A DNA stretch of 64,000 nucleotides, taken from contig CAWJQQ010000001.1 of NCBI GenBank assembly GCA_963845065.1, positions 832,001-896,000 on the forward strand. The letters are read 5' to 3'. The position numbers and the translations under genes are program-made. Source of the stretch: Nitrospirota bacterium (GTDB lineage: Bacteria > Nitrospirota > UBA9217). Every line of letters begins with the position of its first letter. The first letter of the stretch is position 1. Positions 10,083 through 20,779 of the stretch are shown in pieces. A model generated the notes under the pieces. That model saw only the letters and a program-made list of their open reading frames with translations. It made no database searches and was not told the DNA's origin.

Positions 10083-11082
10083 TAAAGATATCAACAAGCG
10101 GCGCATAAAAGCAGCACGTAAGAAACTGGAGAAACGTAAAGCAAAGGCGTTGGCTCAACGCATACAACTGCAAGTCCAAGTGCGCTATAGGCCGGGCATC
10201 ACGGAAATGGGCGCGCCGGAGGGGTTCCGCGCCATCGGCATGGCCCAGGCGATAATGGAATACGGAAAGCCACTCAATGAGTATCTTGGCCGGGAGCCGC
10301 AGGGAACGGATGATCTGAACAAGCTAATGCGTGTATCCATGCTGCTTTGGAACCACTCATTAGAGGATGAACAGGGAGAAACTGAAAAAGCAGGCAAGGC
10401 CGAGGTCGTCAATGTACTTTCAGAGACGTTTAGACTCGGCAGGGCTGAGGCCGAAGAACTTCGCGCCAAAATGGTCGCTCGCCGAAGCCAGCTTTTCCCT
10501 CCTGATAAGCAACCGTTGGAACGAACAACGCCCTTTATGATCATGCGAAAGGAGACCTTGGCAGAGATCAAACCTTTTGCTTATGAAAGAATGAAATATA
10601 CTGAAGAGTGTATAGCGCCCGGACCGGAGGATCAATCGCTCATCGAAAAGATCTCGAAGCTGGACCGTTACATGGAAGAAGAAGCAGATTATGGGATGTA
10701 TGAAAAACTGCTCACTGAAACGAAAGACCTTGCGGAAAAACGCTACAGACAATGGCTTGCCGACCGTGGAATTCCATCAGAATATCATGAATTGGCGGGA
10801 TGTCTTCACATTTATTTCGATTTCGTTTATGGCTATATGCACGATGACGTCGTGACGTTGAAAACGATCACGCTCAACTACCTGACGGAGTTTTTCGAGG
10901 ATTTCTTATTAAGGAAGGTGTATGGTCCACCCCAGGAGTACCTAGACTGGCCTCCGGCGATCAAGCTGTTCTATCTCTTCTTGAAAGACAAGAGATATCT
11001 GGAGGATATTGCTTCCATCACATTGATGATCAACGCTCAGGAACTGCAATTCATTGATATTCTCAAAAAGCAGTTTTCTTGA
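10072..11082 (+). CDS. Hypothetical protein
   Basis: Long ORF, GAGGA RBS before ATG 10072; basic N-terminus, helical C-terminus. Confidence 0.7.
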   Translation: MTNNKDINKRRIKAARKKLEKRKAKALAQRIQLQVQVRYRPGITEMGAPEGFRAIGMAQAIMEYGKPLNEYLGREPQGTDDLNKLMRVSMLLWNHSLEDEQGETEKAGKAEVVNVLSETFRLGRAEAEELRAKMVARRSQLFPPDKQPLERTTPFMIMRKETLAEIKPFAYERMKYTEECIAPGPEDQSLIEKISKLDRYMEEEADYGMYEKLLTETKDLAEKRYRQWLADRGIPSEYHELAGCLHIYFDFVYGYMHDDVVTLKTITLNYLTEFFEDFLLRKVYGPPQEYLDWPPAIKLFYLFLKDKRYLEDIASITLMINAQELQFIDILKKQFS

Positions 11083-11246
11083 TATTCATCGATCCTACAT
11101 GACTCTTGTGGTTATAATATTCAAATGCATTGGTCCGTTCGGTATTGGACAGTGATTGTCCATTTCTGGCATCAACTCCGATTTTTTGGACAGTACGGAG
11201 AACAAATTCATTTGTATCATTGCATTTTTGATGTAGTTTTGTGACA

Positions 11247-11314
11247 ATAGAACTTCTGAGTGCAGGCGCAACTTGGCTTATCACCGTCAAGTTGGAGTCT
11301 CATATGCGTTAGAT
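11247..11314 (+). other. attC-like recombination site
   Basis: ATAGAAC...CAACTTGGC/GTCAAGTTG stem...GTTAGAT (perfect GTTRRRY); 68 bp. Confidence 0.65.
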
Positions 11315-11332
11315 TCATCCGTGTGGTATTCG

Positions 11333-11851
11333 ATGAAAGAAACAGTAATCAATATACCTCTTCGAACCGGCAAGCCTGAAAACTGCATAGTCTGCAACAA
11401 TGCCCTTCATAAAAAGAGCGAATATTACTGCAGCGAAAAATGCGCGGCAATTTACCAAGTTACCCATGAGAAGGAAATTCCACCATTTTTGTCTAAGTGG
11501 AAAATCAGAAAAAAGAAGGCAATAGAAGACCCCTTTATTGAGATGCGCACAAGAGCAAGGCGCACTACGCAGAATTTAGTGCAGACAGGTAAACTGGAGA
11601 TAAAACCATGCGTCGTTTGCGGTAATGTCGAGGTCATTGCCCATCATGAAGATTACTCAAGGCCAAATGATGTGATTTGGATATGCAAAATTCATCACAC
11701 GGCATACCATGAGGGTGAAATAGGTCTCTTCAAAAATAAACTTTGGTGGAATCCGAAAAGGCTGATTCCCCGCAGGATGAGAAATCAAGAATTGCCAAAG
11801 AAATACTTACAGCAAATGGAACAGTTCAAAATAAAGAAGCGCCAAAGGTAA
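11333..11851 (+). CDS. Zn-binding HNH-like protein (cassette-like)
   Basis: CIVC..YYCSEKC and CVVCG..AHHEDYSRP..VIWICKIHH; ATG 19 bp after an attC R' box and stop 13 bp before the next hairpin. Confidence 0.65.
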   Translation: MKETVINIPLRTGKPENCIVCNNALHKKSEYYCSEKCAAIYQVTHEKEIPPFLSKWKIRKKKAIEDPFIEMRTRARRTTQNLVQTGKLEIKPCVVCGNVEVIAHHEDYSRPNDVIWICKIHHTAYHEGEIGLFKNKLWWNPKRLIPRRMRNQELPKKYLQQMEQFKIKKRQR

Positions 11852-11863
11852 TCGACGCAATGA

Positions 11864-11920
11864 TTCTAGCCTGTGCGCCTACAGCGACGCGCCATGCGGC
11901 GCGTCAGACGCACGTTCATA
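11864..11920 (+). other. attC-like hairpin (degenerate R'')
   Basis: TTCTAGC..GTGCG..GACGCGCC-ATGC-GGCGCGTC..CGCAC-GTTCATA. Confidence 0.55.
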
Positions 11921-12020
11921 TGTAATTATCAACCTGTATTCTGCATAGATTATCTGTCAACACGAGTGCACACTAGTAGGTGTATCAGATTCCTGTTTGA
12001 TATTTTTGAGAAGCAATAAT
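11918..12020 (-). mobile_element. Orphan IS91-like oriIS end, homologous to 21332 onward
   Basis: 11914-11936 matches 21328-21350 at 19/23 nt; GTAGGTGWATC recurs at the same +62 offset (11976 and 21390). Confidence 0.65.
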
Positions 12021-12217
12021 TCTTCCTGAACAGTGCACTTCGCACGGGATTGCCAGGAATGTAACTTTCATGTCGAGGTTTATCTACTGCTAGTAATTCA
12101 TCCATTACCATCAACGGTTAAATGTAACACAATATTTCGCTGATTTTGGTATCATAAACTCATGGCGTACACATATTGCCAACGTTAAAAAAACACACTA
12201 AGGATGATTTGGTAAGA

Positions 12218-13096
12218 ATGAATAGAAAAACCGTATCTCTGGTTCTTGGAAGTGGCGGTGCCCGGGGTTTAGCACACATTGGCGTTATTCACTGGCTTGA
12301 AAAGCATGATTACAACATACGCTCTATTGCCGGTTCCTCGATTGGTGCGCTCATCGGGGGGATATATGCGGCAGGAAAACTGGATGAATATGAACAATGG
12401 GTGCGTGCTATAAAGAAGATCGACATCGTCACATTGCTGGATCTTTCCTGGGGAAAGAGCGGGCTGGTCAAAGGCGACAAAATTATCAACACTCTGGTCG
12501 ATCTCGTGGGAGAGCAACTAATTGAAAATCTGCCGATTCAATATACCGCTGTTGCTACTGACCTTAAGAACCAGAAGGAAATATGGATGAAGTCAGGCAA
12601 GCTTTTTGATGCGATAAGGGCTTCCATGTCAATCCCACTTTTTTTTACTCCTTTTAAGGACAGAGGAGCCGTTCTTATCGACGGAGGAATATTAAATCCT
12701 GTGCCTGTGGCCCCGACGATCGGTGACGGTACTGATATGACCATTGCGGTAAATTTGGGCGGCTCCGCAGATAGTATGGAACAACCGGGTGGCGAGAGTC
12801 CTGCCCCTGTGTCCCATTCATCGTTGTTGCATGAAAAGATTAGTCGTTTTATAAACCACCAGAGATCCGTGACAAATATCACAGAACGGGATTGGGGGGG
12901 GTACGATATCGCCATTCAGGCCTTCGAAGCTATGCAGAACACCATCGCACGTCAAAAGCTTGCTGCTTATCCACCAGACATTGTTATAGATATTGCTCGG
13001 AACGCATGCCGATCATTGGAGTATGATCGGGCGTCCGAGATGATCGATTTAGGATATAAAAAGGCGGAGAAGTACCTGTCTCAGGCTGCCCGGTAA
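12218..13096 (+). CDS. Patatin-like phospholipase (RssA/NTE family)
   Basis: LVLGSGGARG, GSSIG (GxSxG), DGG. Confidence 0.9.
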   Translation: MNRKTVSLVLGSGGARGLAHIGVIHWLEKHDYNIRSIAGSSIGALIGGIYAAGKLDEYEQWVRAIKKIDIVTLLDLSWGKSGLVKGDKIINTLVDLVGEQLIENLPIQYTAVATDLKNQKEIWMKSGKLFDAIRASMSIPLFFTPFKDRGAVLIDGGILNPVPVAPTIGDGTDMTIAVNLGGSADSMEQPGGESPAPVSHSSLLHEKISRFINHQRSVTNITERDWGGYDIAIQAFEAMQNTIARQKLAAYPPDIVIDIARNACRSLEYDRASEMIDLGYKKAEKYLSQAAR

Positions 13097-13111
13097 ATGC
13101 GAAACGATGGG

Positions 13112-13178
13112 CACTAACATCGTGCTGCAGCGGAGCGCCAATTTTAGTAACGGCCGCTGATCTTGATACTCGTTCAGG
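13112..13178 (+). other. attC-like site
   Basis: CACTAAC-ATCGT-GCTGCAGCGG...CCGCTGATC...GTTCAGG, 15 bp after the patatin stop; R' spacer longer than canonical. Confidence 0.55.
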
Positions 13179-13399
13179 TATAAGATACAAACTTATATTT
13201 TGTGGATCTCGCGTATTGAGCGCTGTTGCAATCTTGCAGGTGTCGTTAATGCCGGTAGCACTTTAGTTTTATTGACAAGCTCGTCAGGCGGAGATCTATT
13301 TATATTACTTGGCAACTTTTTCTGTTCAACCTTGCGCCTGCGTATTGAAAAGCTAACCGACTATATCGTATTTTCATTGGAAAGGTCCGACAGACTCCT

Positions 13400-14842
13400 A
13401 TGGCCCCTCAAGGACACAAATCCGAGCTCATGAACCTTCAGCTTATAATTGACTCGACTCCCGCTCTGATCCACAGCGGCCCGCCTGACGGCCGTCTCGA
13501 TTTTTTCAATCAATGTTGGCTGGACTTCGTCGGTCTTTCGTTGGAGCACCTGCTGGGCTGGAAATGGACGGCTTCAATTCATCCTGAAGACGTTGAAGCG
13601 TTCGTGGAAAAGTCGCGCGCGGCCCTTGAGGCAGGGGAGCCTTTCGAAGGAGAAGCACGCGTCTGGCGGGCGGATGGGGTATATCGCTGGATGCTCCACC
13701 GCAGCGTGCCTCTCCGTGACGGACAGGGAAACATCGTAAGATGGTATGGATCCAGTATAGATATCGAGGACCTCAAGCGGACCGAAGATTCCCTCCAAAG
13801 GGCTTTTGACGAAATTAATAAATTGAAGGACCAACTCCAGAGAGAGAACATCGTGTTGCGCGAAGAAGTTGACAGAGCATCGATGTTCGAGGAGATCGTA
13901 GGCGCGTCACCGGCACTGAAAGCCGTGCTTGCGCGTGTCGTTAAGGTAGCGCCCACGGATTCAACCATCTTCATCACCGGCGAAACCGGCACGGGAAAGG
14001 AACTCATCGCCCGAGCCATCCACAAACGGTCGCAGCGCTCCTCACGGGCCTTTGTGAGTGTGAATTGTGCCGCAATTCCCGTATCGTTGATCGCCTCGGA
14101 ACTGTTCGGTCATGAGAAGGGAGCCTTCACCGGAGCCCTCCAGCGGCGCCTCGGCCGCTTCGAGTTGGCGGAAGACGGGACGATCTTCCTGGATGAAATC
14201 GGGGAGCTGCCGGCCGAGACCCAGATAGCGCTCCTCCGTGTGCTGCAGGAGCACGAATTCGAGCGTGTGGGAGGGAATCAAGCGATCCGGACCAACGTGC
14301 GGGTCATTACCGCCACCAATCGTGATTTGAAGGCCGCCATTGAAGCCGGCATCTTTCGGCGCGATCTGTTTTATCGGCTCAATGTATTTCCCATTGAAAT
14401 GCCTCCTCTTCGCGAACGAAAAGAGGACATCCCCCTGCTGGTCGAGTATTTCATTAATCGATATGCCAGTAAAACGGGGAAGGAAATACGGAGCATCAAC
14501 AAAAAGACCATGGATCTGTTTCAGTCGTACCCCTGGCCGGGCAACATTCGAGAGCTGCAGAATGTGATCGAACGGTCGGTTATCATCTGTGACACGAAGA
14601 TCTTCTCAGTCGATGAGAGTTGGCTCGTTCGGGAGTCTTGTGAGACTCAGCCGGCAAGCCAGCCGCTCACCGACAAGCTTGTGACTCACGAAAAAGAGAT
14701 GATTGAGGCTGCCCTGGCTGAAAGCAGAGGCCGAGTGTCTGGACCGTTGGGTGCGGCCGCTAGGCTCGGTATTCCGCCCTCGACTCTGGAATCGAAGATC
14801 AGATCCCTCAAGATCAACAAACATCGCTTCAAACCCGCATAG
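13400..14842 (+). CDS. PAS-domain sigma54 enhancer-binding protein (FhlA/NtrC type)
   Basis: PAS domain; GETGTGKE, ELFGHEKGAFTGA, WPGNIRELQN, C-terminal HTH. Confidence 0.93.
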   Translation: MAPQGHKSELMNLQLIIDSTPALIHSGPPDGRLDFFNQCWLDFVGLSLEHLLGWKWTASIHPEDVEAFVEKSRAALEAGEPFEGEARVWRADGVYRWMLHRSVPLRDGQGNIVRWYGSSIDIEDLKRTEDSLQRAFDEINKLKDQLQRENIVLREEVDRASMFEEIVGASPALKAVLARVVKVAPTDSTIFITGETGTGKELIARAIHKRSQRSSRAFVSVNCAAIPVSLIASELFGHEKGAFTGALQRRLGRFELAEDGTIFLDEIGELPAETQIALLRVLQEHEFERVGGNQAIRTNVRVITATNRDLKAAIEAGIFRRDLFYRLNVFPIEMPPLRERKEDIPLLVEYFINRYASKTGKEIRSINKKTMDLFQSYPWPGNIRELQNVIERSVIICDTKIFSVDESWLVRESCETQPASQPLTDKLVTHEKEMIEAALAESRGRVSGPLGAAARLGIPPSTLESKIRSLKINKHRFKPA

Positions 14843-14957
14843 TAACTGCAATACCCTCTCCCTGAAAATCCTGATCATTTTTCGTGAACTCTCGCTAATT
14901 CTCGAAGACTCGCGACTTTGTAATTCGTGCCCTCAAGTATTTTCAACGGATTACGCT

Positions 14958-14973
14958 TGGCATTCGCATTGCA
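14958..14973 (+). promoter_or_regulatory. sigma54 -24/-12 promoter
   Basis: TGGCATTCGCATTGCA, GG-N10-GC spacing, directly downstream of the activator gene. Confidence 0.78.
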
Positions 14974-15023
14974 ATATAGCCTTGCATAAAACTTGGAAGG
15001 ATAGTGGTTTCAACAAGGAATCT

Positions 15024-15293
15024 ATGACCTTGAAAATTCAGAAATCGGCGCAGGGGGAAGTCGTGGTCTTTACTCTGAGTGGTCGAATCAGGGAGGAAGA
15101 GGTCGCAGAGCTGCAAAGACTCTTCGAAGTCGAAGGACAAGACCACCGCATCGTTCTGGAGTTGAAAGAAGTCAAGCTTGTGGATCGAGACACAGTAAAA
15201 TTTCTGGCTCGCTGCGAAGCGAAGGGCACCCGGCTCGAGAATTGCCCGGCATATATCCGCGAGTGGATTGAAAGAGAAGGACCACGACGGTAG
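15024..15293 (+). CDS. Small STAS-like protein
   Basis: MTLKIQ..VVFTLSGRI..IVLELKEVKLVDRDTVKFL..LENCPAYIREWI; AAGGA RBS. Confidence 0.7.
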   Translation: MTLKIQKSAQGEVVVFTLSGRIREEEVAELQRLFEVEGQDHRIVLELKEVKLVDRDTVKFLARCEAKGTRLENCPAYIREWIEREGPRR

Positions 15294-15402
15294 TCTCTGT
15301 CGGCGCTAAACAGTAATAAGGTTTCTAGCGTGCAGGCAATTCAAAAAATTGCATTACGCAGATTTCAAGGAACGCAGTTAGTACTTCTGGAGCATTATCA
15401 CA

Positions 15403-15499
15403 TCTGAAAGGAGAAGAAAAACATGAAAGCGCAATGCACCACAGACGTATTTCTGAAAGGAGAAGAAAACATGAAAGCACAGAGCACCACAGACGTATT
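15403..15499 (+). repeat. Tandem 49/48-bp duplication of RBS, start codon and first codons
   Basis: TCTGAAAGGAGAAGAAAA(A)CATGAAAGCnCAnnGCACCACAGACGTATT twice (15403-15451, 15452-15499). Confidence 0.9.
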
Positions 15500-16028
15500 A
15501 AAGGGAGTCACGGGGATGTCCATCGGATGGGCCGTTATGATGATCGTGTTGGGATTCCTGGCTGTTGCTCTGCCCCTTGCCACGGGCATTGGCGTCTCCA
15601 TTTTGGTCGGTTGGATCGTCGTCTTCGGTGGTTTCACCTATGCGGCCTATGCCTTTGCCGCTCAAGGCGCCGGGGCCTTTCTCTGGCGAATGCTGATAGG
15701 GATAGTCTACGTCGCCAGCGGTTTCTATCTGGTATTCCATCCGGCGCTCGCATTGACGTCTCTCACAATAGTGCTGGCTGCCATATTGGTAGCGGAAGGC
15801 GTGCTGCAGATGATCGTGTTTTTCCAGTTCCGCTCCCTGCCGGGTTCCGGATGGGTCCTCTTTGACGGCATAACGACCCTGCTTCTGGGATTCTTTATCG
15901 GGTACCCCTGGCCGCTCAGTTCAGGGTGGGCGCTTGGAACCCTTGTGGGTATTAACCTCCTCGTGAGCGGTTTTACCCGGCTGATGTACTCGGTGGCAGC
16001 CAGAAGGGTACTGAAGGCGACGGCCTGA
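15423..16028 (+). CDS. HdeD/DUF308-family membrane protein
   Basis: About six hydrophobic helices; GWVLFDGITTLLLG, WALGTLVGINLLVSG. Confidence 0.8.
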   Translation: MKAQCTTDVFLKGEENMKAQSTTDVLKGVTGMSIGWAVMMIVLGFLAVALPLATGIGVSILVGWIVVFGGFTYAAYAFAAQGAGAFLWRMLIGIVYVASGFYLVFHPALALTSLTIVLAAILVAEGVLQMIVFFQFRSLPGSGWVLFDGITTLLLGFFIGYPWPLSSGWALGTLVGINLLVSGFTRLMYSVAARRVLKATA

Positions 16029-16132
16029 TAACAGAAAGCGCGACTACTCGTGATTGCGATACCGGAAGATCGCACTCCGGGTCGCAATTGAAAGATTATC
16101 AAATATGATTCAAATATGAAAGGAGAATTGCT

Positions 16133-16933
16133 ATGGACAAGATGATTGTAGTCGTATTCGACAGCGAAAAGAAGGCGTACGAGGGCTCTAAAGCCCTCAG
16201 GGAATTGCATGCAGATGGGAGTATTACACTTTACGCTATGGGCGTGATCGCGAAGGACGCCGGCGGGAAGGTGACAGTCAAAGAGGCTGTTGATGAGGGT
16301 CCCCTCGGAACGGCCGTAGGGTTGGCCACCGGGAGTTTGATCGGCCTGCTTGGTGGGCCCATAGGTGTCGCGATCGGCGCTGGCGCCGGGACGTTTGGGG
16401 GTATACTTTACGATCTGGCTGCCGTCGGGGTTGGCGAGGACTTCCTGGCCGAGGTCGGGGGACGCCTGCAGCCTGGCAAGGCGGCCGTTGTCGCCGAAGT
16501 CGGGGAGGATTGGTCGACGCCGGTCGATACCCGCATGGAGGCCGCGGGCGGTGTCGTCTTGCGCCGGGGACTCGGGGAAGTTCAGGACGCCCTGATCGAA
16601 AGGGACGCCGATGCACTCGAGGCCGAGATCGCTCAACTGAAAGCCGAATATGCTCAGGCGACCTGGCAAGCCAAGGCCAAGCTCCAGGCGAAGATCGACG
16701 AAGCCAAGGCCAAGCTGCAAGCCACACATGACCGCGCCGAGGCGGCGTTTGAGGCCGCGAAACAAAAGATGGAAACGAAGATCAAGTCCCTCGAGGAACA
16801 GTCGGCCAAGGCGAAGGGTGACGCGAAGGCCAAGATCGACGCGCGCATTGCCGGGGTGCGGTCTGAGTACGAGTGGCGCTCTGACAAACTGAAGCAAGCC
16901 TGGGAACTCACCAAGCAGGCGCTGGCAGCATGA
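16133..16933 (+). CDS. DUF1269-like membrane protein with C-terminal coiled coil
   Basis: Gly-zipper GTAVGLATGSLIGLLGGP; LQPGKAAVVAEV; Ala/Lys-rich coiled coil. Confidence 0.72.
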   Translation: MDKMIVVVFDSEKKAYEGSKALRELHADGSITLYAMGVIAKDAGGKVTVKEAVDEGPLGTAVGLATGSLIGLLGGPIGVAIGAGAGTFGGILYDLAAVGVGEDFLAEVGGRLQPGKAAVVAEVGEDWSTPVDTRMEAAGGVVLRRGLGEVQDALIERDADALEAEIAQLKAEYAQATWQAKAKLQAKIDEAKAKLQATHDRAEAAFEAAKQKMETKIKSLEEQSAKAKGDAKAKIDARIAGVRSEYEWRSDKLKQAWELTKQALAA

Positions 16934-16954
16934 ACTGGATGGATGAGGTGGACC

Positions 16955-18904
16955 ATGAACGAACCTAAATTGTCACCAAGAAAAAACGACCGCGATTATG
17001 AAAAGAAGCACCAGGAGCAAAGTCGGCGCCAGTTTCGTTTCGGCATCAGCTACTTGATCACGAGCCTGATTCTCTTGTGGATGTTCCAGGTATTTGTTTT
17101 GACTCCCCGACACGACGAAATTCCTTACAGCGAGTTCAAGAAAAAACTGGCTGCCGCTCAAATCGCAAAGGTAACCATCGGCGAAAGGGGCATCGTTGGC
17201 GAGATGAAAAACCCCAAGTCGGACGGATCTCCTCCGGTCGTCCCATTCAATACAGTACCTGCTCCTGCCGGCGACCCCAGGCTGATTGAAGAGTTACAAA
17301 ACGCAAATGTTACTTACCGCTTCGAGCCCCCGCCGAACCCCCTGGGCGGTATTTTGTTGAACCTTCTGCCGGTCGCACTACTCGGCGGTTTCTGGTATAT
17401 GGCCTATCGGCGGGCGGGCGGGGCCGCCGGCGCAGGACAGGGCGGCATCTTTGGGATCGGGAAGAGCAAAGCGACAGAGGTCAGGCCCGAGGACGTTACG
17501 GTCACATTCAAGGATGTGGGCGGGGCGGATGAAGCCATTGCCGAGCTCCAGGAGATCATCGAGTTCTTGAAGGCGCCCGAGCAATTCTTTCAACTCGGTG
17601 GCCATATCCCCAAGGGCGTGTTGCTCGTCGGGCCCCCGGGCACCGGCAAGACACTGCTGGCCAAGGCCACGGCCGGCCAGGCCCACGTTTCGTTCTTCGA
17701 GACCAGTGGCTCCGAATTCGTTGAGATGTTCGTGGGAGTCGGCGCAGCGCGTGTACGAGACCTGTTCGAGCAGGCGCACAAGGCAGCTCCTGCTATCATT
17801 TTCATTGACGAGATTGATGCCATTGGTCAGAGCCGGGGAGGTGTTATACGCATGGGTGGCAACGACGAGCGTGAGCAGACCCTCAACCAGTTGCTCGCCG
17901 AGATTGACGGCTTTAAAACCGACTCCAGCGCCCCAGTGATCATCATGGCTGCCACCAACCGTCCGGAGGTGCTCGACACGGCACTGCTGCGTGCGGGCCG
18001 TTTTGACCGCCAGATCGCCAATGGCAATCCGGACCTCGTTGGCAGGGTCCAAATACTGAGGATTCATTGTAAGAATGTAAAGCTTGCGGCGGACTTTGAC
18101 TTGGAGCGGGCCGCCCGGATGACAGCGGGCTTCAGCGGCGCTGATCTGGCTAATGCCATGAATGAGGCGGCATTACTCGCTGCCCGGCACAAGGCCGCGG
18201 CAGTTACGTTGAATGATTTCGAGGCTGCTATCGAACGGGTGATTGCGGGTTCCGAGAAAAAGAGTCGGGTAATGAACGTGCAGGAACGAAACACGGTTGC
18301 ATACCACGAGTCAGGACATGCGCTGGTGGCTGAACTGGTGCCGCATGGCGAACCGGTCAGCAAGATCAGCATCGTTCCACACAGCCGTGGCGCCTTGGGC
18401 TACACGATGCAAATGCCGACCGAAGACCGCTATCTGCTCACGATCGACGAACTGAAGGACAGGATCGCCGTTATGCTGGGGGGGCGCGCCGCCGAGATGG
18501 TGCAGTTCGCGACTATCAGCACCGGGGCCAGTGACGACATTATGCGGGCAACCGAGTTGGCCCGCCGTATGATCACGGAATTTGGCATGAGTGAAAAGCT
18601 CGGCTCGGTGCGCTACGCAGGTCAACAGCTCCAATACCTGGGCGGATCAGTTGAGGACAGTAGCCAGATCAGTCAAGAGACTCGTCAGGTGATCGATGCG
18701 GAAGTCCGGCGCCTAGTGACCGAACAGTACGACCGTGCCCAAGCGCTGCTGAAGGACCACCACACGGCCCTTATAACACTGGCTCGGCAACTGCTGAAGC
18801 AAGAGACGGTGAGCGGCAACGTCGTGAAAGAGGCACTGGAGAATAGTCCGAATCCGGAATCTTCTGCAGATGGCGCCCAAGTGCAGGGTCAAGCCTGGAG
18901 ATGA
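16955..18904 (+). CDS. ftsH: ATP-dependent zinc metalloprotease FtsH (accessory paralog)
   Basis: Two TM segments, [26 protein letters not shown]. Confidence 0.95.
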   Translation: MNEPKLSPRKNDRDYEKKHQEQSRRQFRFGISYLITSLILLWMFQVFVLTPRHDEIPYSEFKKKLAAAQIAKVTIGERGIVGEMKNPKSDGSPPVVPFNTVPAPAGDPRLIEELQNANVTYRFEPPPNPLGGILLNLLPVALLGGFWYMAYRRAGGAAGAGQGGIFGIGKSKATEVRPEDVTVTFKDVGGADEAIAELQEIIEFLKAPEQFFQLGGHIPKGVLLVGPPGTGKTLLAKATAGQAHVSFFETSGSEFVEMFVGVGAARVRDLFEQAHKAAPAIIFIDEIDAIGQSRGGVIRMGGNDEREQTLNQLLAEIDGFKTDSSAPVIIMAATNRPEVLDTALLRAGRFDRQIANGNPDLVGRVQILRIHCKNVKLAADFDLERAARMTAGFSGADLANAMNEAALLAARHKAAAVTLNDFEAAIERVIAGSEKKSRVMNVQERNTVAYHESGHALVAELVPHGEPVSKISIVPHSRGALGYTMQMPTEDRYLLTIDELKDRIAVMLGGRAAEMVQFATISTGASDDIMRATELARRMITEFGMSEKLGSVRYAGQQLQYLGGSVEDSSQISQETRQVIDAEVRRLVTEQYDRAQALLKDHHTALITLARQLLKQETVSGNVVKEALENSPNPESSADGAQVQGQAWR

Positions 18905-19020
18905 GCGGTTAAGTTCGTGGCGGATCGCGTTGTCGGACAAATGAACTGCAGGTATGGCCTTGGCCACGCACTCGGTCGATGTCCCATTACAGGAGCCCGC
19001 TTTTTAGGAGTCGTTAATAC

Positions 19021-20690
19021 ATGAAACTTGCCGGAGTAACACGATTGGATCGCAACGTCCGCCGGGCAGGCGAAATCATCGGTGTGGTGGCCAAGTACGG
19101 CCTGGCCGATTGGGTCAAGGACCTGGATGTTCCCGTGGGTCCAGGATCGCATTCGGAGCGCTGACGGCCAGCACATCCCCGACCTCAAAATCGAGGAGCG
19201 CGTGCGTCTGGCCTTCACCGAACTCGGCACCACCTTCATCAAGCTTGGCCAGATGCTCAGCACGCGGCCCGACCTTGTCGGCCCTGAGATGGCCGGGGAA
19301 CTGGCCCACCTGCAAACCGCCACCCCGGCCGATCCGCCCGCCACGGTCCGGGCCACGATGGAAGCCGAGTTCGGCAAACCGCTGAACGAGCTGTTTGCGC
19401 ATTTCAAAGAAGAGCCCTTGCCTCGGCCTCCATCGCCCAGGTCCATCCGGCCCGGCTGCACTCGGGCGAGCACGTCGTCGTCAAAGTCCAGCACGCCGGC
19501 ATTGAGGACAAGATCATGCCCGACCTCGATATCCTCGCCGGCCTGGCCGAGTTGGCGGAAAAGCACTCTTCCCGAGCTGCGTCCCTACCAGCCCGAAGCG
19601 GTCGTCCGGCAGTTCCGCCGCACCCTCCTGCGCGAGTTGGATTTCACCGTCGAACGCCGCAATCTCGAGGAGTTCGCGAAACATTTCGCCCAGGACGACA
19701 CCGTCCATTTCCCCCGCGCTTACGCGCCGTTCTCGACGCGCCGTGTCCTGACGATGGAACGGCTGGACGGCATCCTCGGCACCGACTCCGCGGCGCTCGC
19801 CGCCTCGGGCGCTGACCTCAATGAATTCGCCCGCCGCGGCGCCACTATGTATCTCCAGATGATTTTCCGCGATGCGTTCTACCATGCCGACCCGCATCCC
19901 GGCAACCTGATGCTCCTGCCCGGCGGTGTGGTCGGGGTGCTTGACTGCGGCATGGTCGGACGCCTGGATGAAGAACTGGCGGAAGGCCTTGATGAAATGC
20001 TCATGGCCGTCGTGAACCACAACTCGGCGGACCTGCGGGAAGCACTCCTTCGCCTCGGCTCCGCGCCGCCCGCCACGCCCCGCGACGCAATTGCGCGCCG
20101 ACCTCACCGATTTCGTCGCCGACTACGTTGGCCAGTCCATCCAGGACATGGACCTGAGCGGGGCGATGAACAGACCTGTTTGAAATCATCCGGCGCTACA
20201 ACATCACGTTGCCGCCCCAGCTTTCGCTGCTGCTGCGCACGCTGGTCGAGTTGGAGGGGACCGCCCAGCGGTTGAGTCCTGAGTTCAGCCTCGCCGAAGT
20301 GTTCCGCCCGTTTTACAACACGATGGTCCGCAAGCGGCTCTCTGTCCGGCGTATCCTGGGCCGGCTTCAGCACGCTTATCGCGACTGGGAGCGGCTCGCG
20401 TGCAGTCCTTGCCGCGCGACCTGGGCGACGTTCTCAAGCGCGTGCGCGACGGCACCTTCTCCGTCCACCTGTACCACCGTCATATCGACCCGGCGATCAA
20501 CCGACTGGTGCTCGGCGTGATGACCGCCGCGCTGTTTGTCGGTTCCTCCCTGCTCTGGAGCATGAAAGCGTCGCCGACGATCAAGGGCGTTTCGGTATTC
20601 GGAGGGGTCGGGTACTTCGTAGCGGCTTATTTCAGTTGGCGCCTGCTGCGCGCCATCAAAAAGTCCGGGGACATCAATCCGAATAAATAG
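19021..20690 (+). pseudogene. ABC1/UbiB (AarF) kinase, multiple frameshifts
   Basis: ELGTTFIKLGQMLSTRPDL, ASIAQVH (other frame), VVVKVQ, HADPHPGN, LDCGMVG spread over several frames. Confidence 0.85.
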
Positions 20691-20779
20691 ACACACCTGG
20701 AGGAGAAGTGGTCATACGGCAAGTTCCTCTTTTTACTTGCTTAAATTCGGACTGAATATATCACCGGGAGGTAAAACTT

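Noticed and set aside
15725..16897. 390-aa minus-strand ORF, and similar long antisense ORFs such as 31136-32482
   Set aside because: Shadow ORFs opposite well-supported GC-rich genes, with no motifs.
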